DNA of 19,921 nt from a virus. The notes beneath the pieces are model-generated. The model searched no databases, had not been told where the DNA came from, and was given only the letters and a program-made list of their open reading frames with translations. This document shows, piece by piece, positions 7,354 to 15,323 of the stretch (positions within the stretch are counted from its first letter, which is position 1; the number at the start of each line of letters is the position of its first letter). The stretch is taken from UHGV virus genome UHGV-0478452. One strand, written 5' to 3'. A program made the position numbers and the translations under genes.

Positions 7354-8426
7354 TAAGGAACCTCTAAAAATCCTGAATTTAAATCATCAACAACGGTATT
7401 CAAAAGGTACGCACCATTTTGTTGTTCTTGGTTAGCGTTTTGCTCTTTATCAATTTCCATCTTTTTAATCATATATTTCAAAGGTGGTTCTTTAGGAGCT
7501 ACGAAGTCTCTTGGAATACCAAACATATCATACAATGGAGCAGCGTTGTAGTAAACCCATTCGTGAAGAAGTTTTGTATTTAAACCTACAACAGCACGTC
7601 CTTCAGAGAAAATATAATAAGACCATTTCTCTTCACTTTCAACTACCTCATCCAGAATTACTTTAATTTCTGGGAGTACTTGACGGAAAGCTTCTTGCCA
7701 CTCTTCATCTTTCAAAGTTTCTTTTAATGCTTCGATATCAATCTTTGTGTGAATGATTTCGTCAAGCATAATTTTCTGTACTGCTTGTGCAATCCCTTGG
7801 AACTTATCTTGTGCATCAAGTGCAAAGGTACATGCAAAGGATGCCATGAAGGAAATACCCTCAAGTGCTGTTACTGCAAAGAGACCTTTTAAGATTACTT
7901 TGTGGAAGTGTAAAGGGTCTTTCTCCATTAGCTCTTGACGAACATAGCTTAAACGATAGTTAATACCTTCGTCAAGAAGTTCTGCCAGTGCTCTGTTCAC
8001 AGTCTTCAATCTGTCCTGAACAGCAGCGTTCTGGTTAATCTCATCAAGGATTGTTTCAGGGTTCTTGATACACTGACGAACAATCTCTGAATAAGTTAGT
8101 GCATGAAGGTTCTCAATTTCTGATTGCTTCATGATAGCAGTTGCATAGATATCATCAGAAATGAATGGTGCAAATGCAAAAGCTAAACTCTTAGCAACCT
8201 GTGTATCTGCTTCCCATTGCCATTTCAGAATCTCAAGCATTACACCAGACATTGACTGAGGGACACTCTCAAAGTCTAACCGTGACTGTTCAAATGGGAA
8301 CTCATCTTCAGACCAGTCTTGTGCTTTCTGCTGCTTATACAGTTCAAAGATTTTTGGATAGTGTTTATTCAGTGAATCGAAAGTTTTTCGTTCACCGCCT
8401 AAGAAAATTGGATGTGGATTAATCAT
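7353..8426 (-). CDS. nrdB: ribonucleotide reductase class Ia small (beta) subunit
   Basis: 357-aa ORF directly downstream of nrdA with R2-family features as recalled (long helical protein, HTKIDIE-type iron-ligand segment, C-terminal tail); no intron interrupts it. Confidence 0.88.
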   Translation of the reverse strand: MINPHPIFLGGERKTFDSLNKHYPKIFELYKQQKAQDWSEDEFPFEQSRLDFESVPQSMSGVMLEILKWQWEADTQVAKSLAFAFAPFISDDIYATAIMKQSEIENLHALTYSEIVRQCIKNPETILDEINQNAAVQDRLKTVNRALAELLDEGINYRLSYVRQELMEKDPLHFHKVILKGLFAVTALEGISFMASFACTFALDAQDKFQGIAQAVQKIMLDEIIHTKIDIEALKETLKDEEWQEAFRQVLPEIKVILDEVVESEEKWSYYIFSEGRAVVGLNTKLLHEWVYYNAAPLYDMFGIPRDFVAPKEPPLKYMIKKMEIDKEQNANQEQQNGAYLLNTVVDDLNSGFLEVP

Positions 8427-8698
8427 TCTGGTAAGATTCCTGTATCTAGAAAGTTTCTGGCTTCAGTTGTTGTCATAACAACCCATTTGTCCTTGTTGAA
8501 CATATCAAGTGGCCTTGCATATGTTTGCTTTGGATTAAAACAATCAACATATCGTATATGTTCTTTCCAAGAACCATCTGGCATCTTAACTTTTAAGTCT
8601 AAGTCTGCAATATAATACAAAGACCGTCTTGGAATATAAAATAAATATAGTGAGTTATCTTTGCTACGTATTCTCGCATTGCGAATTAAATCTAGCAT
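8423..8698 (-). CDS. hypothetical protein between nrdA and nrdB (91 aa from ATG 8698; track ORF extends to 8806)
   Basis: ATG at 8698 has GGAGAAAGG upstream and follows a hairpin; its stop makes an ATGA overlap with the nrdB start. Longer starts would overlap the nrdA 3' end. Confidence 0.45.
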   Translation of the reverse strand: MLDLIRNARIRSKDNSLYLFYIPRRSLYYIADLDLKVKMPDGSWKEHIRYVDCFNPKQTYARPLDMFNKDKWVVMTTTEARNFLDTGILPE

Positions 8699-8720
8699 AC
8701 CTTTCTCCAAGTTAATTTTA

Positions 8721-8740
8721 GAGGGTCTTTTACGACCCTC
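8721..8740 (-). promoter_or_regulatory. stem-loop just after the nrdA stop (GAGGGUC-GUAAAA-GACCCUC), followed only by UAAAAUU
   Basis: Perfect 7-bp inverted repeat read directly from the sequence; the weak U-tract makes a terminator call uncertain. Confidence 0.4.
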
Positions 8741-8753
8741 ATAGTTATTAAAA

Positions 8754-10988
8754 CTAAACGCCGCAACCCTCACAGTAGGCATCTTGTAGTGCTGATTTAC
8801 CAACACCGATACGACTGTTAAGGTAGTACATAGTTTTCAAACCAACAAGGTTTGCATAAATCATGTACTTCAAAGCTTGCTCTAATGATACCTTCTTAGA
8901 CTTCGAGTAGTCAACATAGAAATCTGAAGAGATAGCTTGACCAGTGAATTTTTGAACAATTGCATAGCAATCAATCATATCAAAGGTGTCAATATCCCAA
9001 GCAATTTCATATACATACTTCAACTCTTCATAGTCAGGTACAATAAACAGAACGTTACCAGTTGCAGACTTCTTAGTTAAGATGAAGTCACGAATAGGGT
9101 ACAGGCCGTTTGTCGTGTTAGTTGCCAGAGAAGAACTCTCATTAGGCATGTAAGCCTCTAACACAGAGTTACGGATACCTCCATTTTCTTTGATTCGATG
9201 TGACAGGTCATCCCAATCATAACGAAGTTTTGCATCGTGCTTTTCATCAATTTTCTTGTTAGCAGTCTTTGGTGGAACCCAACCGTCAGGGTACTTAGTA
9301 AACTGCATGTACTCTGGTACACCACGCTCTTTTGCGAGTCTTAAAGATGCTTCATGCAAGAAGTAAGAGTGCATCTCAGCCAACTCATGAAGTTTAGTTT
9401 TACCAGCCCTTGATGAGTAGTTCACATAGTTCTTCGCAAGGTAATGGGCCACATTAGTAAGACCAATACCAACAGAACGACGTTTCTGAACATGGTTACG
9501 CATTGACGGATACGGATAATCCATAAGGTCAATAACGGAGTCAACCATTGCAAGAGCATAATAAGCAACGTCAGCGTATTCATCTTCTGTGATTCTCCCT
9601 GCAACCAAACTAGCTAGGAAGCAAAGAGCAACTTCACCGTCTTCTTTCTTGGCTGTGTAGCTATACAGGTCTCTTTCATCCTCAAAACCATGAACTGGTA
9701 AGACAATCTCCATACACAGGTTTGACATTTTCAAAGGCTCTTTGAAAGGTGTATGATAGTTTGCGTTGTTAGTAAAGAACGGGTAAACACGTCCTGTAGC
9801 ATAACGTTGCTGAATAAACAACTTGGCAACCTCACGAGCCTTTACACGTTTATGTTTAACACCTGTATGAACTGCGTGACCTACTGCCATAGCAAATTCA
9901 TCAGCACTTGCTGTGTAGAACATATCATACAGTCTTGGTGCGTCTTTGTAAGAGAATAGCAACCAATCTGTATCGTACTGTACACATTGCCAGAAGTAAT
10001 CATTTGCACCAAATGAGTAATCCATTTCATTAATACGCTTTGCAGGAACCGTTGTAGGGTGCTTCAAGCGTAGCAAATCCTCAATCTGTGGGTCTAATGC
10101 AGTGAAGAAGTTATTAGCTGAACCACCACGACTCTTCTGCTTATTAGCCTCTACAGCAGCACGTACAAGCTTATAATAAGGGAGTTTTCCCATATGCTCA
10201 ATAGTGTTTTGTCGGATTCCATCACCAATTGTTCTGGTCTCCATCAGCATACCAATACCTGCTTGCTTAGTGGTCATGTCATAAGCTACTTTTGTAGCAA
10301 TGCCAAGAGATTCAGCAGTATCGTTTGCTTTAATTAGGCAGCAAGAAGCATAGCCAGATTTTGTAGCTCTCAGACCGTTCAGGTACGGTGTAGGAGCATT
10401 AATCTTCAGGTCAGATAGATATGTGTAGAGCTTAATAACATCATCTAAACGACGCTGTTTAGGCTGTCTTTCAAAGGCTTTCATAGCCATACCCATAAAC
10501 ATAAACTGTGGAGACTCAAACAACTTACCACTTTTAATGTCACGGATTCCATACTTATCACGGAACTGCTTCAGTACTGCATACCCATAAGAGATATCTT
10601 TTGAATGTACGATGTGACCTTGTAAGTAGTCAATCTCTTCAGGTGTGTAATCCATATGTTCCCAAAGCCCCATCTGCTCCATCTTCATCACAAATGGAAG
10701 TAACTGAGGAACCTTTGTAAATCCACCAAAAGCTTCTTTGTAGATAATGCCAAGAAGTAGTCTCCCAGCCATATCAGAGTACTCTTGAGTTTGCTTATCA
10801 ATACAAACGTCAATCATAGCTTGGTGCATTTCTTTTGTTGTACAACCTTCATAGACACGCTTCATAGCTTCCATGACAACCTCTGACCAGATAATTCCTC
10901 TCTTGTCAGCCCATGAAGCCCATTTATTTAAACGCTCTGGTTCGAATGGTACGATTGTACCGTCTGATTTGCGAATAGTAGTAATCAT
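8754..10988 (-). CDS. nrdA: ribonucleotide reductase class Ia large (alpha) subunit with N-terminal ATP-cone
   Basis: 744-aa ORF; the translation has the ATP-cone-like N-terminus (IRKSDGTIVPFEPERL), the NLCMEI segment (NLCxEI in E. coli NrdA) and C-terminal Cys pair CEGCGV. Confidence 0.95.
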   Translation of the reverse strand: MITTIRKSDGTIVPFEPERLNKWASWADKRGIIWSEVVMEAMKRVYEGCTTKEMHQAMIDVCIDKQTQEYSDMAGRLLLGIIYKEAFGGFTKVPQLLPFVMKMEQMGLWEHMDYTPEEIDYLQGHIVHSKDISYGYAVLKQFRDKYGIRDIKSGKLFESPQFMFMGMAMKAFERQPKQRRLDDVIKLYTYLSDLKINAPTPYLNGLRATKSGYASCCLIKANDTAESLGIATKVAYDMTTKQAGIGMLMETRTIGDGIRQNTIEHMGKLPYYKLVRAAVEANKQKSRGGSANNFFTALDPQIEDLLRLKHPTTVPAKRINEMDYSFGANDYFWQCVQYDTDWLLFSYKDAPRLYDMFYTASADEFAMAVGHAVHTGVKHKRVKAREVAKLFIQQRYATGRVYPFFTNNANYHTPFKEPLKMSNLCMEIVLPVHGFEDERDLYSYTAKKEDGEVALCFLASLVAGRITEDEYADVAYYALAMVDSVIDLMDYPYPSMRNHVQKRRSVGIGLTNVAHYLAKNYVNYSSRAGKTKLHELAEMHSYFLHEASLRLAKERGVPEYMQFTKYPDGWVPPKTANKKIDEKHDAKLRYDWDDLSHRIKENGGIRNSVLEAYMPNESSSLATNTTNGLYPIRDFILTKKSATGNVLFIVPDYEELKYVYEIAWDIDTFDMIDCYAIVQKFTGQAISSDFYVDYSKSKKVSLEQALKYMIYANLVGLKTMYYLNSRIGVGKSALQDAYCEGCGV

Positions 10989-11010
10989 TATATTAAATCC
11001 TACAGGTGAA

Positions 11011-11033
11011 AAAGGGTCTCCGAAGAGACCCCT
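11011..11033 (-). terminator. rho-independent terminator (GGGUCUC-UUCG-GAGACCC then UUUUU), near-identical to the one at 6884-6907
   Basis: Plus strand aaa-GGGTCTC-cgaa-GAGACCC at 11011-11031; on the minus strand the hairpin plus U-run lies between the stop of ORF 11040..11375 and the nrdA start. Confidence 0.75.
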
Positions 11034-11039
11034 TAGAGA

Positions 11040-11375
11040 TTAAATGCTAAAAATCTTTTTACTTACCCAGAGTTCAACGAACTTCTGTGATACTTTTGTC
11101 AGTGAGCCTTTAGACATTGCATTCATGTACCAGTAACGCATACCATCATCGAATGCCATATCAAGTTTTTCACTAACATCATCTTCAAGTCGTGCAATTG
11201 AGAAGTTACCACGTACTTTGCAGACAACTCGTCCAAATTTGATATCGCTGCGACCTTTGCAATCTTCAGTGTACATTACAAAGTCACCATGACGGAGTGT
11301 CTCACCAAACTTATCAGTGCCTAATTCTTCGCCAGATTTAATTTCTTCTTTAGTTAACTTTTTAGTTTTAGACAT
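11040..11375 (-). CDS. hypothetical protein (111 aa)
   Basis: ORF in the track; no motif recognised. Confidence 0.5.
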   Translation of the reverse strand: MSKTKKLTKEEIKSGEELGTDKFGETLRHGDFVMYTEDCKGRSDIKFGRVVCKVRGNFSIARLEDDVSEKLDMAFDDGMRYWYMNAMSKGSLTKVSQKFVELWVSKKIFSI

Positions 11376-11694
11376 GGTATCTATCCAAGTTTCGTTTCAA
11401 GTAAATCCACTGGTCATCTGTGCGCTCTACACCCATGAACAGGGGGGCTACAACAACTTTACCAAAAGTATTTCTGTGCTGGCAAATCTCGTAAGAGTAC
11501 GGTTTATCAATATTTAAGCCATACTTATACAACACTGCTGCTAATACTTGTTCATTATCCAGAATCGTTTCTGGCTTCTCTCCGTACTTGTCTAACAGTG
11601 AATCATTCATAAACACTGTCATAGAGAGGTTGTAGTTGGAGAAGTGGCTTTTTGCCACCACTTCTTCACCTTTATTAATGTTCTGTGAATCCAT
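11368..11694 (-). CDS. hypothetical protein (108 aa)
   Basis: ORF in the track, overlapping both neighbours by a few codons; no motif recognised. Confidence 0.5.
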   Translation of the reverse strand: MDSQNINKGEEVVAKSHFSNYNLSMTVFMNDSLLDKYGEKPETILDNEQVLAAVLYKYGLNIDKPYSYEICQHRNTFGKVVVAPLFMGVERTDDQWIYLKRNLDRYHV

Positions 11695-12430
11695 TATAAC
11701 CGACTCCTTTCAACCACTGCTTGAGGTTGATTGCATCATAATTCAATTTCGGATATGAGGTTACATGGAACTTCTCACCATCATAGTACACAATATCCGC
11801 AAGCCATAATCCATTCTCACGGCAGAAGTCTTTATCTGCTTTTGAAGAGATTGGTTCAACTTTAGAAAAGTTTTTAATGCCAAGACTACCAAGACTTCCA
11901 ATCAGTCCTTGGCAGATAACGCATGTGTCAGATGTTACCACAAATAGTTCTTTTGCGTCAACTTCTGCAATAAAACTTTCAAGTTGAACTTTTGGAAGAT
12001 TAGACTGTTTCATAATCTTACCATCAGACTTGCGAATAATCGCAAACCACTCTTTACCTTCAATAATTGATTGACGCAGGTAACATTCATCACCAGTACG
12101 TTTCTCAATATCAAACATTCGCTGTAAAGCTTCTTGATAGTCATCTGTGTATTTGAGGTTGTTGTTTTCACAAACAGCCTTGATAGCACCATCGTGGTCA
12201 TGTTGTGTCAGGAAAATTAAACCATCAAGTACATACTGCAAATCAGCTTGAGCATCAAGGGTCTCAACAGGGTCTTTGGCTTCTACTGCTGCGACTAACT
12301 CTCTAGCTTCTTCAAGCATACACAGGGATTGACTTTTCAGTGATTCCCAATACTCTGTGCTGTATGGTTCTTTTGGATTATTGCCACAACGTAGATTCCA
12401 ATTTCTTACGGATTCTCTGGAATTAAACAT
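11675..12430 (-). CDS. putative MazG-like nucleoside triphosphate pyrophosphohydrolase with a C-terminal Cys-x-x-Cys (redoxin-like) extension
   Basis: N-terminal half has acidic helical segments (LEEARELVAAVEAKDPVETLDAQADLQYVLDGLIF) resembling the EExxE...ExxD metal-binding helices of all-alpha NTP pyrophosphatases; C-terminal half has LFVVTSDTCVICQG. Both assignments are by eye. Confidence 0.4.
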   Translation of the reverse strand: MFNSRESVRNWNLRCGNNPKEPYSTEYWESLKSQSLCMLEEARELVAAVEAKDPVETLDAQADLQYVLDGLIFLTQHDHDGAIKAVCENNNLKYTDDYQEALQRMFDIEKRTGDECYLRQSIIEGKEWFAIIRKSDGKIMKQSNLPKVQLESFIAEVDAKELFVVTSDTCVICQGLIGSLGSLGIKNFSKVEPISSKADKDFCRENGLWLADIVYYDGEKFHVTSYPKLNYDAINLKQWLKGVGYNGFTEH

Positions 12431-12645
12431 TAAGCCTCCTTATCTTCAAACAACTTTTGTTGAGACTCAATATAGTCCATTCGTTCTTTGAGTTCAACAC
12501 GTTTGCTTAACAGATGTTGAATTTGTGATTCCAGAGCATCCATCTCGGCTTCTGTAGCTGACTTAGCTTTACTGATAGTTTCCTTCAGTGCTGCTACGCC
12601 ACTCTGGATTTTAGAAACATGGTCATTTTTGATTTTATTAAACAT
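12430..12645 (-). CDS. hypothetical small coiled-coil protein (71 aa from ATG 12645)
   Basis: Track ORF 12430..12660; the ATG at 12645 lies 1 nt after the upstream stop with GAGAGAG upstream. Heptad-like charged sequence. Confidence 0.45.
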   Translation of the reverse strand: MFNKIKNDHVSKIQSGVAALKETISKAKSATEAEMDALESQIQHLLSKRVELKERMDYIESQQKLFEDKEA

Positions 12646-12646
12646 T

Positions 12647-13147
12647 TTAAACTCTCTCATTAAGTTTCATGATTTTAGTGATTCTCTTCTCAGCTTCATC
12701 ATAGGTCTCTTTTGTAAGAAACTTGATTGCTGCAATGTTCGCATTGTAGAAGAGTCGAAGCTTAGAGTCAATCCTTTTTGTCATGACGTCAAACTTATGC
12801 TGTAGGTTAGCTTCGCCATAAACTAAGCCACCTCGCGTATAGTAAGTCTGGATGATGTAGAAGTCAAACTCTTTTTCACCAAAAGATTCAATATCCTTCT
12901 TAATGTATTCAGAAGATGTTTGATAAGTCATCCAATCACTTTCTTTTGTCACGACTTTACGTCTGGTCTTTCCAGCAACCTTTTTCTTAGTGACGTTATT
13001 AAATTGTTTCTTTCCAATATAATATTGTCCAGTTTTCTTACAGTATACTAAATAGACAAAACCAAAATAGTTAGCGGGGTCAATTTCCCCGCACAGTGAA
13101 ATCCAATGTCCATAAACAGGGCAATTTCCAAATCCTTTAATCTTCAT
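12647..13147 (-). CDS. GIY-YIG nuclease-domain protein
   Basis: 166-aa ORF containing FVYLVYCKKTGQYYIGKK, i.e. a (G/F)(I/V)Y ... 10 aa ... YIG arrangement typical of the GIY-YIG motif, followed by basic residues (KTRRK). Confidence 0.45.
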   Translation of the reverse strand: MKIKGFGNCPVYGHWISLCGEIDPANYFGFVYLVYCKKTGQYYIGKKQFNNVTKKKVAGKTRRKVVTKESDWMTYQTSSEYIKKDIESFGEKEFDFYIIQTYYTRGGLVYGEANLQHKFDVMTKRIDSKLRLFYNANIAAIKFLTKETYDEAEKRITKIMKLNERV

Positions 13148-14177
13148 TCATAACTGGCTCCCAATTGTATTTTTTAAACGTAAAATCATCTTTAGGATTT
13201 CGTTCTTGATAAGCAATCCAGAAGTGCTGCTCCATTAGTTCTAGTGGAGTTCTTGTCACAATCTGACCATCCCATGATTCATAGGTGTATGACTCTTTCT
13301 TAGCATAAAGCTCATAGATTGCGTCTAAGCACTCTTTGTAGGTAGTTTTACCTTCCAGTGCATTCATCACCGCAACTTTACCAGCACCTTTTAAACCGAA
13401 GTAGTTATCTGCATTATCACCTGCTACAGCTTGATAGCAGAGGAATTTAAAACCTACTCCGACTGTCTTCTTAGCTTTCGGTTTAGATTTGATAGGGCAA
13501 TCCCAAATCTCACCAACGTTATTATCTGCAATGAAAATTAATGGAGCTTTCTCATAAGTCATATCAATACAGTAAGTTCCTTCAGCTTGACGAAGGTCTT
13601 TATCAATACTCATCAGAGCAGCTTTTTTACCCATCTTCTCAGCTTTTGCAATAACGATAGAGTCTGCTTCGAAGCCCCCTTTTAAGAGCTTAAACTCTGG
13701 TCGTGACAGAAGATACTCACGACAAGCAACTAGGTGTGTAGGTGTTACAGCTTCTTTTCTGTTACCTTGATATTGGTGTTCAAGACCTTTGATATCCTTG
13801 TGTTTGTGAACACCTTTCTCAGTAAGGTAACCCATCCATTTGCGTTCTTTACCAACGACTTTCAACCACTCCTGAAGAACTTGCTGTGTAGCCATAATTG
13901 CTTCAGCTTCACTCTTAGCCTCCTTCCAAGTCTGTCTTTCCCATTCATCTTCATCAAAGTCAAGTCCTAACTCTTCAGTTAAAACTCTTTGGTCAGACAG
14001 CCATTGTGCTGCCAGTTTTGCACTATCAAAAGCGTCGGATTCTTCAGCAGTGATTTTATTCACATACTTGTACTTTGCTTTTTCAACTACACAAGCACCT
14101 TTGTAAGCAATGCTATCAGAGTCAATAAAGACGTGTGTAACGCTCTCTGGGAGCTTTGTTAAGGTGTATTGTTCCAT
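13137..14177 (-). CDS. putative 5'-3' exonuclease (T7 gp6-like, PIN/FEN-type)
   Basis: Track ORF 13137..14204; I place the start at ATG 14177 (MEQYTLTK), which has a GGAGAG RBS and lies after the terminator. HVFIDSDSIAY near the N-terminus, MSIDKDLRQ, and AVAGDNADNYFGLKGAGKV resemble T7 gene 6 exonuclease segments as recalled. Confidence 0.5.
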   Translation of the reverse strand: MEQYTLTKLPESVTHVFIDSDSIAYKGACVVEKAKYKYVNKITAEESDAFDSAKLAAQWLSDQRVLTEELGLDFDEDEWERQTWKEAKSEAEAIMATQQVLQEWLKVVGKERKWMGYLTEKGVHKHKDIKGLEHQYQGNRKEAVTPTHLVACREYLLSRPEFKLLKGGFEADSIVIAKAEKMGKKAALMSIDKDLRQAEGTYCIDMTYEKAPLIFIADNNVGEIWDCPIKSKPKAKKTVGVGFKFLCYQAVAGDNADNYFGLKGAGKVAVMNALEGKTTYKECLDAIYELYAKKESYTYESWDGQIVTRTPLELMEQHFWIAYQERNPKDDFTFKKYNWEPVMNED

Positions 14178-14192
14178 TGTACTCTCCATACG

Positions 14193-14222
14193 AAAAAGCC
14201 CCATACGTCTGTACAGGGCTTT
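14193..14222 (-). terminator. rho-independent terminator between SSB and exonuclease genes (7-bp stem GGGCUUU/AAAGCCC region with U-run)
   Basis: Plus strand aaaaAGCCCC-(loop)-GGGCTTT at 14193-14222; on the minus strand the hairpin is followed by UUUUU. Confidence 0.55.
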
Positions 14223-14239
14223 GTAGTAGTTACTGACTA

Positions 14240-15100
14240 TTACTCGTCGTCAGTTTCGAAATCATCTTCGTCGTCATCATCTGGGTTTGGTAGGTCGTCG
14301 TCATCGTCATCACCACCTTTACCTTCATCACCAGAATCTTTTGCATCTTCTTCAGTGATTTCACCGTTGTCTTCAACACCTGCAAGGCCAAGCATTGCCA
14401 GTTCATCTTCATCCAGTTCAGTCTCAGTAGCACCACCAGTACCACCAGTGTAAGGAACCAGAGTATCAATGATAAATTGTTCCTGAATTGGCTTGGTCAG
14501 AACGTTACCTTCAAATGTGTAGAAGTGAGTCGCCAGAATCACACTACCAAATGAGCCGTTACCAACTGCAATATCTGGATGAATTACATCGTAAGTCTTA
14601 TCATCATCGTGCTTATCAGATTTTGCTGCCTTGATTTTCTTCATAGGCTGCTTAACTGCAACACGCTTACCGTTGATTTCTTCAACCAGCATTACAGGGA
14701 AACTCTGTTTTGCTGACCACACAGCACCGTCTTTATATGCTGCTGAACGGCTAACCTTCAGGATGTGATAGGTGTCAGCTTCAAACGGAGGCTCACAACC
14801 AAACTTCTCTTCGAAGTCATCTGCATCAACAGCCTCTGTAGTAACTTTATCCCAACCTTCAGGACTCTTTTTAGACTTGGTGAACTCTTTAAAGAGCTTG
14901 TTACCATCTTTTGCCAGAATTGAAACGCTGTAGTTACAATCTTTGCCCGGAAAATGCTTATCCACAGATTTACCCTTTTGAGGGCGTGGAATAGTGTTCA
15001 GGTAATAGAACCAAACATCTTTCAGCAGGTAACGCAGAGGCTCACGTTCTTGACCATTGTACTTCTCTACCGGAGCTTTCATTTTAACAACTTTAGACAT
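14240..15100 (-). CDS. putative single-stranded DNA-binding protein (T7 gp2.5-like) with long acidic C-terminal tail ending DDFETDDE
   Basis: 286-aa ORF, RBS AGAGGTATTAAA before ATG at 15100. Basic N-terminal part, Gly-rich linker (YTGGTGG), then a poly-Asp/Glu tail with a single Phe, which is the gp2.5-type architecture. Confidence 0.55.
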   Translation of the reverse strand: MSKVVKMKAPVEKYNGQEREPLRYLLKDVWFYYLNTIPRPQKGKSVDKHFPGKDCNYSVSILAKDGNKLFKEFTKSKKSPEGWDKVTTEAVDADDFEEKFGCEPPFEADTYHILKVSRSAAYKDGAVWSAKQSFPVMLVEEINGKRVAVKQPMKKIKAAKSDKHDDDKTYDVIHPDIAVGNGSFGSVILATHFYTFEGNVLTKPIQEQFIIDTLVPYTGGTGGATETELDEDELAMLGLAGVEDNGEITEEDAKDSGDEGKGGDDDDDDLPNPDDDDEDDFETDDE

Positions 15101-15151
15101 TTTAATACCTCTTTCTCAAATTAACTTTTAACTCAACTATCAAGGAGTACA

Positions 15152-15180
15152 ATCTTACAGACTTCGTACTCCCTTGTCAA
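15152..15180 (-). promoter_or_regulatory. sigma70-like promoter upstream of the SSB gene: TTGACA - 17 bp - TAAGAT, with a 7-bp inverted repeat straddling the -10
   Basis: Minus strand reads TTGACA(15180-15175)-AGGGAGTACGAAGTCTG-TAAGAT(15157-15152); the inverted repeat GGAGTAC / GTACTCC sits at plus 15144-15150 and 15166-15172. Confidence 0.55.
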
Positions 15181-15185
15181 ACACT

Positions 15186-15323
15186 TTAAGCAGGTTTCTT
15201 AGCTGCTTTACGAGCCGTCTTACCTGTACGAACTCGCTTCTGTACATAGTACTCAGCAGAGTGACCAGTGGTTGCTCTCATGGAATCGCCAAATACTTTC
15301 TCGAATGCTTTAGAATGTTTCAT
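15186..15323 (-). CDS. small basic protein (45 aa, MKHSKAFEKVFGDSMRATTGHSAEYYVQKRVRTGKTARKAAKKPA)
   Basis: Not in the ORF track (below its length cutoff); translated codon by codon from the minus strand. ATG at 15323 forms an ATGA overlap with the stop of the upstream gene and has GGAGAG 5 nt upstream; TAA at 15188-15186. Confidence 0.45.
   Translation of the reverse strand: MKHSKAFEKVFGDSMRATTGHSAEYYVQKRVRTGKTARKAAKKPA

Noticed and set aside
8423-8806. Homing endonuclease or intron in the nrdA-nrdB region, as found in T4-like phages
   Set aside because: nrdA and nrdB are uninterrupted full-length ORFs, and the small spacer ORF shows no GIY-YIG, HNH or LAGLIDADG signature.
6890-11031. GGTCTC/GAGACC (type IIS restriction-site-like) sequences in the twin terminators as a sign of engineering
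   Set aside because: They are simply the two arms of a natural GC-rich hairpin followed by a U-run in a terminator context; nothing else suggests a synthetic construct.
14169-14453. Ser-rich 94-aa plus-strand ORF (SSSSSSSGFGRSSSSSS...)
   Set aside because: It is the reverse complement of the GAT/GAC/GAA-rich codons for the acidic tail of the SSB gene; the low-complexity antisense frame stays open by composition alone.
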